Below, in pieces: positions 41,208 to 52,111 of a stretch of DNA of 64,000 nucleotides. The DNA lies in contig OZ038378.1 of assembly GCA_964036045.1 (NCBI GenBank), positions 12,524,001 to 12,588,000 on the forward strand, read 5' to 3'. A program made the position numbers and the translations under genes. Below the pieces are notes generated by a model. It saw only the letters and a list, made by a program, of their open reading frames with translations, was not told where the DNA came from and made no database searches. Source of the stretch: Eutreptiella sp. 'Long Island Sound 2002'. Lineage: Eukaryota > Protista > Euglenida. Each line of letters starts with the position of its first letter. The stretch's first letter is position 1.

Positions 41208-42635
41208 ATGGATATTTGTAGGCATCAACTGTACTGTAAATGGCTTGATGGTATCTGTAAAGAGGATTGTTCTGGCTTTCTCAGCAGAAGTGTACAGAAT
41301 AATGTTGAGGTCTTTATTGAAGAATATGTAACATTGCATCGTAGATCACCAACCGCATTGGAGGTGTACGAGTTTTTGCATAACCTACCAATACCGTTAA
41401 AGGAGGACCGTAGGCGCAACAGGTGGGCGTGTAAGATTGTGGCTGTGCTGGTAATATTAGGTTTGTGTGTAGGTGTGTCACTACATTGCGCGATAGAGAT
41501 ACTGTTACATGAAATGGAGCCCTGGATAGAACACACAGAACGACACAGATCGGCTGTTGGCATGAACCTTCAGTATGTGGATGGGCAACTCCCAGTCGGG
41601 GATCTCCTACTGTGGAGCTATGGACAAGATCCCAGTGCAACAACGTTCAGTGAAAAACAAATAACAAAACACCGAACAACAGTGGTTGAGCCCACAGAGC
41701 AGATTTTTGAAGCAGCTATGCGGACGTACAATGTATCATCCTATGATGTATTTGTGAATTTTCACGGATTGACGGTTTACCTTGTACACCAAGACATATT
41801 CGACATGGTCGAACAGGATTACGCACGATACAACGAAAACTTTGTGCATGATGACACTCTCTGGGGAATATTTAGGAGTAGCCTGAACTTTCCACCACGA
41901 TTTTATCGAAGTGCGATGACCAAACTTGACTTTTACCATGGCCTATGTGTTCCATCCAATGAGAAGATACATGGTGTCTTTTGTTCGCGCCCACACGCTG
42001 TCTATGTGGCACTTACGGAAAACAACCCCTTTGCCGTGGACAATCTTGTTCATGAAGTATCTCATGCATTGTTCTCAACAATGGACTTATTATCGGAACC
42101 CTCAACAAATTTGGTCCTTACTTTCGACATGTTTGTCCAGCGTCCAAAGTATCATTCCTTTTCTGGACGATGGGACATTCTGCTTACGGATTTACTGGAT
42201 AGCATACTTGCTTTTCCAGCATTGCGAATCCAAAATACATCCTCACACGATTGGAGCATTGGCGCATTTACGAAAAGTGACGAGGGGATGCTTATGTATG
42301 CCGGTCAAGTAGCAAGTCATTATTGGTTTTCACCTGTTGAGTCTCGTGTTCATGTATTTATGTTGATGTTATTGTTGGATGGCATAATGAAAAAAGACGA
42401 TGCTGATCATGTGTGCAGGCACCTTTATTGGCTCTACAGTAATGATGCGAGGATCCGCAACATTCTTGACTCGTTGATTGGTATAATCAAACAGTATTTC
42501 GGGAACACACATTATCCAATACCTTTTCCTGGTACCAGACCTGGACATCGAGTCCAGTACCCTAACCCTAACCCTAACCCTAACCAGTCCAGTGATGTTG
42601 GTGAGGACGAGTGGATTGAGTGGATTGATGAGTGA
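41208..42635 (+). CDS. Membrane-anchored zincin-like metallopeptidase
   Basis: TM helix IVAVLVILGLCVGVSLHCAI; NLVHEVSH (HExxH). Confidence 0.6.
   Translation: MDICRHQLYCKWLDGICKEDCSGFLSRSVQNNVEVFIEEYVTLHRRSPTALEVYEFLHNLPIPLKEDRRRNRWACKIVAVLVILGLCVGVSLHCAIEILLHEMEPWIEHTERHRSAVGMNLQYVDGQLPVGDLLLWSYGQDPSATTFSEKQITKHRTTVVEPTEQIFEAAMRTYNVSSYDVFVNFHGLTVYLVHQDIFDMVEQDYARYNENFVHDDTLWGIFRSSLNFPPRFYRSAMTKLDFYHGLCVPSNEKIHGVFCSRPHAVYVALTENNPFAVDNLVHEVSHALFSTMDLLSEPSTNLVLTFDMFVQRPKYHSFSGRWDILLTDLLDSILAFPALRIQNTSSHDWSIGAFTKSDEGMLMYAGQVASHYWFSPVESRVHVFMLMLLLDGIMKKDDADHVCRHLYWLYSNDARIRNILDSLIGIIKQYFGNTHYPIPFPGTRPGHRVQYPNPNPNPNQSSDVGEDEWIEWIDE
42560..42585 (+). repeat. Telomere-type repeat (CCCTAA)4CC
   Basis: Four perfect copies, i.e. 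(TTAGGG)4 on the minus strand, encoding PNPNPNPN in frame. Confidence 0.85.
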
Positions 42636-42893
42636 AATGTTTTTCGGGTTTTTTGGGGGGTCATACAAAAAAACACATGGGCAACCAACGCATGTATGCC
42701 CACTGTGCCCCATATATCCGCCAGGCTCACCGACAAGGACAATAAAAAAGGGATTTATGTCCCGATCATGCACGGCGACAAACATTGCCGTGTTGAACAT
42801 TACTAGTGTTCTCAACTGCACTATTGGTGGCGACGTGGCAAATGGAGATCCGTAGTCCCCGAGCTCCACCAACAGTTCCTCATATGTAGACAT
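42632..42893 (-). CDS. Possible small hypothetical protein (5' part of ORF 42369..42893)
   Basis: ATG ORF whose first ~85 aa lie outside the metallopeptidase gene. Confidence 0.3.
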
Positions 42894-44234
42894 GTTCGCG
42901 TGTCATGTTGACATTCTGTTGGATCTTATCCCATTGATATACACAAACAAAAAATACGGGAAAGGTTAGGGCCTGCAATTGACACTACTGGGCATGATGC
43001 ACGGTGTCCAGGTATTGAGCCAGGTGAGGAGATGGGTTTGTACGAATTGCGCAAACATATCATGTCATCATATCAATGCTCAGAAGGGGTCTTCCCCTTA
43101 ACCTGATACAGAATGCTTTTGAATGGGAACAAAGCAATTACGCACAAAAATTGAAACAATCGTACACCTGGGTCAGATGGTAGAGACGCATCCGGGACGT
43201 TGGCTTATGTACGTGTGACTGGCGCGCATGTGTCTTTGCATGTGGTTTTGGTGGGGAAAACGAAAACGGTTTCAGTCAACAAACATAAAAAGGTCGTCGC
43301 GCCGATGGATATCGACACCGACCTCATCGAATGGGTTATAGATGGTTGTATTTTGACGGTGATTGTCACGGGTATTTAGCGGATTTCGCCGCACTACAGC
43401 AGCCACACATTACTATCGACATACGACGACCATCACTATCACTGTCATTCTATTCAGACGTGCAAACGGGTGCAAGACTCTTGCTGCACGCTCAGACACA
43501 CAAGCATCCGAAGTTGTGAATGCCATGCTGGGGCTGACGAATGAAGTACGACAACTGCGCAATGTAACGGCTGCGGAAAACAGGGGTTTGGAATTTGTCG
43601 TCGATGTACTTGTTGTGACGATATAGGAGCGCATCTACGTCTACATTGTTGCATTCCAGAGACAAGGCTCGTTCGCGCTCTTGTACATCTCGCTGAATAC
43701 ACATAGCCAACTCTCCTAGCTGGGTTAGGTACATGCTTGGTTAACAACACACTGTAAGTCAAGGTGGGTGCAGCACCTGCGCGCGGCGACGCACGTGCAT
43801 CCTGCTGCACAGGTACAGGTACGGCGGTTGCAAAGCTACAGTACAGCATGGGCCAGACAACAATGATGGTGAATTCACCAACACCACAGAACCTGACATG
43901 TCAGCACAAAACATATGGCACAGTTATCGCATCGAATTGCACAATCTCACCTCCAGGGCTAACAGGCTGTTCGCCGTTATGATACCACAGATATATGAAT
44001 CCAGTTGTCAGGATTTGCATTACAGAGAATGCAGTGCATCTACAGACAAATGTGGCTGTATTTGTGACAAGACCAGAACAATCACAGGATACAATGTCAA
44101 TTGATACTGCACAAACCGAGATTCACCTGTCCAGTACAAGTTCTACTGACAGCGGAGCTGATTCGTGCATGTCTGACCAGGGAGCTACGTTATTCTAATA
44201 CGGCACATGCCCCTTCTGATCAAAAACATATACA

Positions 44235-44753
44235 ATGGCACAGAAAACAGCTGCATACAATACAATTATAAGGAGAAGGAAAATATTTTTCCTTACGCAC
44301 GTAATGCCGATAGTTGAGAATATATTCACCGAATTTGTATCTTGTCAGCTACATACAATATGTATGACCTCTTTGGATTCTGCTCTGCGGAAGACAAACT
44401 ACATACTAGTCAATAAGCCAACAACACTGGAGAACATATTCGCAACGCATGTCCCATGGATCGACAGTGTCAAAGACTTGCAGGATGAATTCGCGTCAAC
44501 ACTACAAATGTACAGGTGGGTATACGATGCACACATGCAGGAATTTTACGGACATGAACAGGAATGCATCGGATATGAAACATCAGAAGTTCTGTGTGAT
44601 GCTACACAAACCAGTGTCTTTCTTGTTGATCTACACGAAAATACATGCAGGTGGGTCATACCACTGGTCAACGAAATTGATCCTCATTCTTTATTGCTGG
44701 CAGTCAGACTCTCAGATGACCAATATCAGTTGATCCAGCCTCGTGATTCATGA
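44235..44753 (+). CDS. Hypothetical protein
   Basis: 172-aa ATG ORF. Confidence 0.6.
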   Translation: MAQKTAAYNTIIRRRKIFFLTHVMPIVENIFTEFVSCQLHTICMTSLDSALRKTNYILVNKPTTLENIFATHVPWIDSVKDLQDEFASTLQMYRWVYDAHMQEFYGHEQECIGYETSEVLCDATQTSVFLVDLHENTCRWVIPLVNEIDPHSLLLAVRLSDDQYQLIQPRDS

Positions 44754-44810
44754 TATCATGATATCACAACACACAGGCAACAGCCACATGTATTAATTAC
44801 AAGAACAATC

Positions 44811-45554
44811 ATGAACGAGTCAAACCCCGATGTAACAGCAATACACAAAAAACTACTCCTGTATTGTGACCTCGGAAATTTGACGGAATTTCTGTTTAAT
44901 GTGGCGATTGCGTGTCAATCCATAATTGCCATATTTGCTGCATACTTATCGGAATCTGATGACAGTTTCTGCAACGTTGTTGTTGCAGTATTAAGTGTGT
45001 TGATTCTGGTTTGTACTCAGATTAGCGATCATTTTTCGGTCATTGCATCCAGACAGTACACCACCTTGCATTCCTACCTGCCATCAATTTGTAGCATCCC
45101 ACACCCCTATCCATTCATATCACCAGCATGGAGTCGCAGTAAAAGACCATTGGTAGATATGACGCACACAGAGCAACGTATATCACTACAAAACCGCGGC
45201 TCCGTATCAAATGAGGCTATGGTACTCTCTGACAAAGGTAGACAGCTCCTGCAATCAATTGAATCCAACGTCATGCATACTTTTGCCCGCCAGCGATGCT
45301 TGCGATGTATCAGTAAGGTTACGTGCACAGCCCGACTTACACTCATGATAATCAGCGCAGTGTCATCCGTGATATATGTAACATTTTTGCATGTGGCTTG
45401 CGTCAATGTTATCGCACTCGCCTGTACATCATTGATCGCACCAATATTGCGATTCGAAGACTACATCACGAAGGAGATATCTGAAAACCAGGAGCGTACT
45501 GCCAGAATGCGTGAGTTTGTTAACAAAGCCATATACGGAACTACGGAAACATGA
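44811..45554 (+). CDS. Membrane protein with two 2-TM modules
   Basis: Two helix-TM-TM-amphipathic-helix units; resembles 49905..50351. Confidence 0.6.
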   Translation: MNESNPDVTAIHKKLLLYCDLGNLTEFLFNVAIACQSIIAIFAAYLSESDDSFCNVVVAVLSVLILVCTQISDHFSVIASRQYTTLHSYLPSICSIPHPYPFISPAWSRSKRPLVDMTHTEQRISLQNRGSVSNEAMVLSDKGRQLLQSIESNVMHTFARQRCLRCISKVTCTARLTLMIISAVSSVIYVTFLHVACVNVIALACTSLIAPILRFEDYITKEISENQERTARMREFVNKAIYGTTET

Positions 45555-45638
45555 AAAGGTCTCATCTGCAGGCTCGTCCATGTCAATTTCCCTATAAACA
45601 CCCTATTAACTTGCACACCGCGTTTAGGTGTACCAACA

Positions 45639-47231
45639 ATGAAATTTCTATGTCAGAAAAGCAAACAATTTTTGACAAGTATGTTAGTAGAGAACGGTGG
45701 ACCCATCAACACCAAAAACTACTTGAATGACGTCAGGCGTGGAATTCTGCTTACTGGTGTAAAATGTCACACGGATGTCACCCTGCTGCAAGTGGATGAG
45801 CTCAAAGTCCTCGTTTCCCCACACAAATATCCACACCGAGCACGAAAAGCGATAAACGCTCTGGTATCTGCTTGTGGTTGTACAGCACTCATTATCCCAC
45901 AGCAAACACAGAGCGCGTACAGCAAGGCGGAAAAGGCATGGCTGAGTCAGCAAAGTTTGCATCGCGCGGACTTCTACGTCAGGGAGAGGAGCCACCTGCT
46001 TTGTGAACTGAAAAAACGCCGTGGTTACCTTGCGCAATCCACACTGTGTGACATTAGCAGCAAAATGTTTCGTATACTGATGTGTGTACATCCATCGGAC
46101 AAAGACAACATAAATGCAGGACACTTCGTGGAGTATGTAACTGCTTTGGTTGTACAGTCCACACAGCAAAATTCAGTGCTGATGCACCGTGGCAGCCGAA
46201 GAAAAGTCCCATATAGACTCAGCGAACAGCAGGACATGATAGCAAAATTCATGGATGCTGCAAACTTCATCATGAATGTATGGGACATCCGACAAACACA
46301 GCCAACACACAAGTCATCTCACAGGATGGTAGCACGCCAGGTCACACAGAAACTTGACAGTATGCAGAAGCACAAAGAAGGTTTCAGGCCCATATTGGAT
46401 CGCCTTACAATGCAGGAGATGGATGATTCCACACAAGGAGCACATCAAAAGCCACGCCTGCAACTGATGCTGTTTCTCATGAGTCGACTTGCCATGCGTG
46501 TTGGTGCCCTTCTTAATTTGCGCTTAGTGGCCTTGGTGCATGGTTTTGATGACCCGGAAGCACTAAAATACGACGCACAATGGAAAGTCAGGTCATTCAT
46601 ACGGTCATGGGACAAGTGTTACCAGATGAACGAATGGTCGACTGTGCATGTACGTCACCAATTGGAGACGTACATCAATACAATCTGGAGACCACAACAT
46701 GAAATATGGGTGTCGAATACAAATGACGGAAAGATAGTACTCAAAAACGGATATCTTTTTCCTGCGCGTGCAGGAAAAAGCCACACTGAGAAGCACATGT
46801 GCACATCCACAGTGTGCCAGGAGGTAAGATCGCATCTCCTACAGATGGGAATTGACAGTGGACGGGCACACTGCCACGCATTCCGCAAGGGTGTGATTAC
46901 GCACCTCCTGAAAATAGGGAACCAGATTGATCGAGTTGCCCGTTTTGCTCATCACAGGAGTGCACTTACAACGGAACGAAGCTATGACAATCGCACAGAT
47001 GATGAGGTGGTCAATAGCCTGATCATACCACATCAATGGAGTGACAGCAACACGAAAAACAACAACCCGAGTATACCAGAGCACATTGATGACAGCCAAT
47101 GCACCGAGGTACAACTTGAACTGGCAACTGACACGGTTATACAATTAACGGAGGAGAGGAACACACTTCAAAAACGTTTGCATGATGCCATGTCCATGTT
47201 GACCGATGAGCAAAAATATCAGCTTTCATAA
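45639..47231 (+). CDS. Tyrosine recombinase 6 (divergent)
   Basis: LAMRVGALLNL, WDK, AHCHAFRK, FAHH, ERSYD, C-terminal coiled coil. Confidence 0.85.
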   Translation: MKFLCQKSKQFLTSMLVENGGPINTKNYLNDVRRGILLTGVKCHTDVTLLQVDELKVLVSPHKYPHRARKAINALVSACGCTALIIPQQTQSAYSKAEKAWLSQQSLHRADFYVRERSHLLCELKKRRGYLAQSTLCDISSKMFRILMCVHPSDKDNINAGHFVEYVTALVVQSTQQNSVLMHRGSRRKVPYRLSEQQDMIAKFMDAANFIMNVWDIRQTQPTHKSSHRMVARQVTQKLDSMQKHKEGFRPILDRLTMQEMDDSTQGAHQKPRLQLMLFLMSRLAMRVGALLNLRLVALVHGFDDPEALKYDAQWKVRSFIRSWDKCYQMNEWSTVHVRHQLETYINTIWRPQHEIWVSNTNDGKIVLKNGYLFPARAGKSHTEKHMCTSTVCQEVRSHLLQMGIDSGRAHCHAFRKGVITHLLKIGNQIDRVARFAHHRSALTTERSYDNRTDDEVVNSLIIPHQWSDSNTKNNNPSIPEHIDDSQCTEVQLELATDTVIQLTEERNTLQKRLHDAMSMLTDEQKYQLS

Positions 47232-47264
47232 AAGGTACAATTCTTTAATGACACACACACAGGG

Positions 47265-48863
47265 ATGCACATCCGACTACTGACCCTCCCTGCCAGTATG
47301 TTCCGCGTGCAAATTGCGGAACTACTCTGTGTTGCGGACTATGACACCTTGCGTATGTGCTGTCGTTCCTTGCGCTACTGCCTACCAAGCCTCCGAGGGA
47401 TGTACACATCATACGCCAAACGAAACTTCAACGAGTCATATTCCGCTCGAGTCCTACATAAAGTCTGTAATGGTGCGGATGGTATACCACTGAAATGGCT
47501 ACACGATGCACTGTTCAACTATCAAGCCCATCCGCTGACACTGCTCATTGCGGAAACAATCCGGGTGCACGGTGATGTACCATGGGCGGAGGAAGGCCAT
47601 ACCACGGACGCAATTCTTTTTTACAATGAATTTGTGCCTCGAACCGTGAAACACAATCACAAGAAAAAGTATGCACAGTGCCTAAGTATTGTACGGGCAT
47701 GCAACACCCAACTTACACAGGAGGTAAATAGTACCGAGATCCCACTGTACATGGATTCTTGGGCCTTCAATAACATACCCACCGCCATACTAACGCGGAT
47801 ACTACAAGACAGGTACTCCCACCATGATATGATGTTTGTATCAACCAACTGCTTCGCCGCATTGTGGTCCCTGAACCGTTTCAGGGACCCACATGCAAAA
47901 GAGATACATGTATGTACAGACGGGTACGAAGAACCCTTATTAGTATTCAAAAATTTAGGAGGCGTGCAATGCAGTAGAAGTCTACAATTTCTGCGGACTG
48001 TGGAGGATTCCGACACACTGTGTATGTTGCATCGGCATGGCCTGCTGCATACAAAATACCCAAAACAGCTGATGATGACCCCATTTGCCCGAACGTGGCG
48101 ATACACATGCGACGATCTGTGGTTTCTGAAACCACACAATATGTCATCCCTGCTTTCGGTCATAGACAATCAACGAACCTTTCGAACTGGCATATTTATC
48201 GCATCAAATGGAAGGGAATGGAACACTACACTTTCACAGACTGTCGTACAATGTGGCGACTGGATGCGGGCAAATTCGTTTATTGGCTGTCTATGGAATC
48301 ACAGTGGATTATATCTACGGTCCGATGCAGGTTTTTGGTGGTCATATTGCTCGCTGTACTTTTTGTGTCACACAGCACCGGGTAGGAAGGCAATCGAAAG
48401 ATCAATCATTGACAAAAAAAGAAACATCGGAGCTGGGTTATGCTTTATCAATACCGCATGCAATGAAATGACATCACTCACCACACAAACCTACCTCACA
48501 GCTGAGATGATACAGCTTCTCATGTCCACTGTTGGTGAAAAGGCCGAAAAACAATTTCAAATCATCAGTAGGAGTCACGTGCATGGTGGCAGATTCAGAA
48601 GCTGCCCTCTGAAAAATTGCTCTCATGTATGGACATCTGTTGACCGGATCATCTACGCAACAAAGCATGCCTACCAATTGGGAATAGCGACGGCACAGGG
48701 TGCATTCCAGACCGGTACGGACAGTAAGACATCGCAGGATATACATCGAAGCCTATGCCTCAACCCTCAATCGCTATTGCACACAGACTTTGCGAAGATT
48801 ATGGATCTCCTAGACACCACCGTCGGAGTACACAAGCGGAAATTCAAAATGTCAGACAATTGA
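47265..48863 (+). CDS. Protein with N-terminal F-box-like motif
   Basis: LLTLPASMFRVQIAELLCVADYDTLRMCCRSL. Confidence 0.55.
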   Translation: MHIRLLTLPASMFRVQIAELLCVADYDTLRMCCRSLRYCLPSLRGMYTSYAKRNFNESYSARVLHKVCNGADGIPLKWLHDALFNYQAHPLTLLIAETIRVHGDVPWAEEGHTTDAILFYNEFVPRTVKHNHKKKYAQCLSIVRACNTQLTQEVNSTEIPLYMDSWAFNNIPTAILTRILQDRYSHHDMMFVSTNCFAALWSLNRFRDPHAKEIHVCTDGYEEPLLVFKNLGGVQCSRSLQFLRTVEDSDTLCMLHRHGLLHTKYPKQLMMTPFARTWRYTCDDLWFLKPHNMSSLLSVIDNQRTFRTGIFIASNGREWNTTLSQTVVQCGDWMRANSFIGCLWNHSGLYLRSDAGFWWSYCSLYFLCHTAPGRKAIERSIIDKKRNIGAGLCFINTACNEMTSLTTQTYLTAEMIQLLMSTVGEKAEKQFQIISRSHVHGGRFRSCPLKNCSHVWTSVDRIIYATKHAYQLGIATAQGAFQTGTDSKTSQDIHRSLCLNPQSLLHTDFAKIMDLLDTTVGVHKRKFKMSDN

Positions 48864-49632
48864 TTGCAACAGGTTCGGCAATGTCCAGCAGGTTCGACAG
48901 CCCATAGTTCTGTCCTGGCATAGTTTCCGGTGGGTCTATCTGCTTATCATGACCAAATACCACAGTGAATACACGAAATTCCTTGTCCGTCGCCCATTGT
49001 GTATCCACAATCTGGTCATAAGTAACGCGTGACTGACCTCCTGTGAGTTTATGGGACTGAAGTGCACAGTTAAATTGAACCCATTTTGTCGTGTATGCAG
49101 CAGTGGTGAATTGACTCAGACTGTTTAAGCCACTGAAACCCGCAGCGCCATCAGCTTGCCACACGAAAATGGAGTAAAAATTGTATACCTTGTCATTGAG
49201 TGTATTGTACAGACACACAACTGGTGCATTCGTGTACATCTCTGCGGGGTCTCTCGGTGGCTGTGAACCATGTCGCAGTTCCACGGCCAGAGATGTCTCT
49301 GTTGTATTTGGTATTTGGTACGACGCTCTATAAAGAAGACCTACCTTACGCAACGATCTCAACTCTTCATCTTTCAATTTCAGGTGAACCTGCAAATACA
49401 CTGCATTTGCCGCAGAGGATAATGGCACCGACTGTGGGTCATTGATCACACTTTCCAAGCGCTCCTTTACACCATCAACCGCCGCTCGGGTGTCCGATGT
49501 GACATTCGCCACAGAGCGTGGTGTTCTCGAGACAGAAATTTGCATTAGTGTTATTTTCTTGTTGAGTGTTGATATAAATAGACAAGTGAAATTGCGTCTC
49601 GTATTTTTTATTTGTGACCGACACCGTAACAC
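48844..49632 (-). CDS. Hypothetical beta-rich protein
   Basis: 262-aa ORF; likely ATG start at MQISVSRT. Confidence 0.55.
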   Translation of the reverse strand: MLRCRSQIKNTRRNFTCLFISTLNKKITLMQISVSRTPRSVANVTSDTRAAVDGVKERLESVINDPQSVPLSSAANAVYLQVHLKLKDEELRSLRKVGLLYRASYQIPNTTETSLAVELRHGSQPPRDPAEMYTNAPVVCLYNTLNDKVYNFYSIFVWQADGAAGFSGLNSLSQFTTAAYTTKWVQFNCALQSHKLTGGQSRVTYDQIVDTQWATDKEFRVFTVVFGHDKQIDPPETMPGQNYGLSNLLDIAEPVAINCLTF

Positions 49633-49671
49633 GTAACACCTGCAACGTCTGTATACAAATAATCTCCTATA

Positions 49672-49986
49672 TTGTCATTGAATTGGATTGCGTCAATGAC
49701 CTGTCGGGGCACAAAGATTCGATTCAGTGTATTCAGGTGCAGGGCGCGTTTTAATCGAACTCGTCGAGATATACCAATGCGTGGACCAAGGGAGCGTTGC
49801 ATATCAAAGAAGGCTATCACATCCGCCAGCAACACACGATCTGTCATCAACACAAAAAAACAAACGATTTGTTCATCCCCTAAGCAAATACAAAGCGTGA
49901 AACAATGCAACTGGCAAAGAAAATTGCACTGGCAAAACGACAAAGAAGTCAATCAATACCATCCACACTCGTTGAGGACGTGCTGA
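49672..49986 (+). CDS. Small basic hypothetical protein
   Basis: 104-aa ORF. Confidence 0.25.
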   Translation: MSLNWIASMTCRGTKIRFSVFRCRARFNRTRRDIPMRGPRERCISKKAITSASNTRSVINTKKQTICSSPKQIQSVKQCNWQRKLHWQNDKEVNQYHPHSLRTC

Positions 49987-50351
49987 ATCCGACTGTTGCA
50001 CACAGCCTCGAAAACGCATTGCATGCCCGGAAGATATGGAAGCAGGTATCGGACACATGTGACGTTGCAGCTCATGTGCTGATGGCAACAACCGGCATAT
50101 TGGCATTTCTCGCACCCCACACCGGCAACAACAGCGCCGTGGTTCTTGCGAACGGATGTACTAGTACACTTAGCGTGGTTCTATTAAAATTTTCTTGTTA
50201 TGCTTCGGAGCGGTGTGAGGAGGAACACAGAATTGTCCAAAGTACATTGTCATATTTCAAAACGGATGCAATCCCATCCTTACAGCCTGACATGTCGACC
50301 GAGACGAATGAAACCACTCAGGTGCCTGTAACTCCAGTAACCAACGAATAA
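49905..50351 (+). CDS. 2-TM membrane protein of a giant-virus-like (SLATT-like) layout
   Basis: RKIWKQVSDTCD-TM-TM-FSCYASERCEEEHR. Confidence 0.6.
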   Translation: MQLAKKIALAKRQRSQSIPSTLVEDVLNPTVAHSLENALHARKIWKQVSDTCDVAAHVLMATTGILAFLAPHTGNNSAVVLANGCTSTLSVVLLKFSCYASERCEEEHRIVQSTLSYFKTDAIPSLQPDMSTETNETTQVPVTPVTNE

Positions 50352-50395
50352 CCGATCATAACAGTTCAACATGCATCACACTGTTTAAAGTAAGC

Positions 50396-52111
50396 ATGAC
50401 ACTCAGGACCCAGGATAACCTACGGAAATATCTTCTCAAAAACTACGCATTGCAAAACATCAACGATACAAAAAAAAAAGAATCCCCTGCGTGGGATGAT
50501 GTGTGTCTCGTACTGCACACAATTGCAACACAATGTGATGTTTTACAGCCAATCAAAATAATCAAATGGTCCTATACTGATGATTTTTCAACCTACAACG
50601 ATTCGTCGGAACAAGAAATCAAAAAGCACATGACCAGTGGCACTTGCCTCTTCGTAGCTTTTCAGGAATTGGAATTGTTTCTCGAGAACGCAAAAATTAC
50701 AGAAATTGATGGTAAACCACAGACAGACCCTCAAAGACGCATCAAATTGTGTAATGGAAACCCCCAGAAAATCATACCAAAATCTATTCGTATAGGCATG
50801 AATGGCACAAATCATCCCCATAAATCATATGTTCACCACATATTTGCACAGGGTCTATCTTTGATTGGGGTTGTCTATCAACTTTGTTACCATGAGGCGC
50901 TTTTTAGTGAATCAACGGCTGACGGACTTCTTCTGACACACCACAAGATAATAAGTCATGTGGATGGATCGCCAGATGTCCCGAATCACGAACAGGAACA
51001 GAACAACATGCAAACGACATTAATAGAAACAGGCACAGGAAGGATGCAGCCATCCATTGACTCGAAAATTCTGGCCGAACTCCATGTTGACGGAAAGGAG
51101 CCTACGTCCAAACAGATGCTGGCACTGTATATACAGGGATTGGCTGTACAACGTGATATGCATCGCGTCGATAATGGAGTACACATATGGTATCGTTCAT
51201 CGGAACAGAAACCTGTACTACAAGACAAGCTTGACAAGCACAAAAACTTACTGATATTGGTGCTTGACGAAATAGTATGGGGGTTGCACTTCAGAAGCAC
51301 TAAAATTAGTACGAAAAAGATTGTGAATGTATACCACAATGGCAACGCCGGGCAACAGTATACAGACACGGTCTCGGATATACTTGAAGTTGCCAATGCT
51401 TTGTACACAATTGAAACTGACAACTCAAACGATCACAATGTTTGGCCCACGATAGGCAAAGTACCTACAACAGCAAGGTTCGTCGATACGGCATACATGC
51501 TGCGCGAGCTTATGGTACCCATGGTCAGCCTTGGCAGAGAGTCCGTTACACCACACACACCACACACTGACACCATAATAAGATGTACTCTGACGGACAT
51601 ATACCATGCGCTGCCGAGTATGGACACTGTAAAGGTGCCCGACGTAATGGAAAAACTGTCACTAATTGGCATAGACAACGTCACACGTGCTCAGCTGTCT
51701 GCCATGCGCGATGGAGTGACGTTGAGCCACCAGTCGAGGCCACAGGACAAGGACCACAATGACAACAAATCCGCGTACAGCATGTGTCACCATGATATGA
51801 GGTACCTGCACCCGGCCACTGATACACCAGCTTTTCACTCACGACTACTCGGTATTTTAGGCCATATACCCAAGAACAATCCCGGGTGTCAGGGATTTGT
51901 GGTACTCCATGACCATACAACGCCGATACAGCAACGACATATACTACTGCACTACTTAATGGCTGAATCTTCATGTTTGTTCAAAATGCATACGTACCCT
52001 GATGTTGTGCAAAACTGGTTGTCTAATGGGTGGATAATCCTACAAATGAAACAGGACTGGGAGGATCAGGAACAGAAATTCTGCCGGCCATGTGTTATTG
52101 TGGCACCATGA
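50396..52111 (+). CDS. Hypothetical protein
   Basis: 571-aa ATG ORF. Confidence 0.75.
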   Translation: MTLRTQDNLRKYLLKNYALQNINDTKKKESPAWDDVCLVLHTIATQCDVLQPIKIIKWSYTDDFSTYNDSSEQEIKKHMTSGTCLFVAFQELELFLENAKITEIDGKPQTDPQRRIKLCNGNPQKIIPKSIRIGMNGTNHPHKSYVHHIFAQGLSLIGVVYQLCYHEALFSESTADGLLLTHHKIISHVDGSPDVPNHEQEQNNMQTTLIETGTGRMQPSIDSKILAELHVDGKEPTSKQMLALYIQGLAVQRDMHRVDNGVHIWYRSSEQKPVLQDKLDKHKNLLILVLDEIVWGLHFRSTKISTKKIVNVYHNGNAGQQYTDTVSDILEVANALYTIETDNSNDHNVWPTIGKVPTTARFVDTAYMLRELMVPMVSLGRESVTPHTPHTDTIIRCTLTDIYHALPSMDTVKVPDVMEKLSLIGIDNVTRAQLSAMRDGVTLSHQSRPQDKDHNDNKSAYSMCHHDMRYLHPATDTPAFHSRLLGILGHIPKNNPGCQGFVVLHDHTTPIQQRHILLHYLMAESSCLFKMHTYPDVVQNWLSNGWIILQMKQDWEDQEQKFCRPCVIVAP

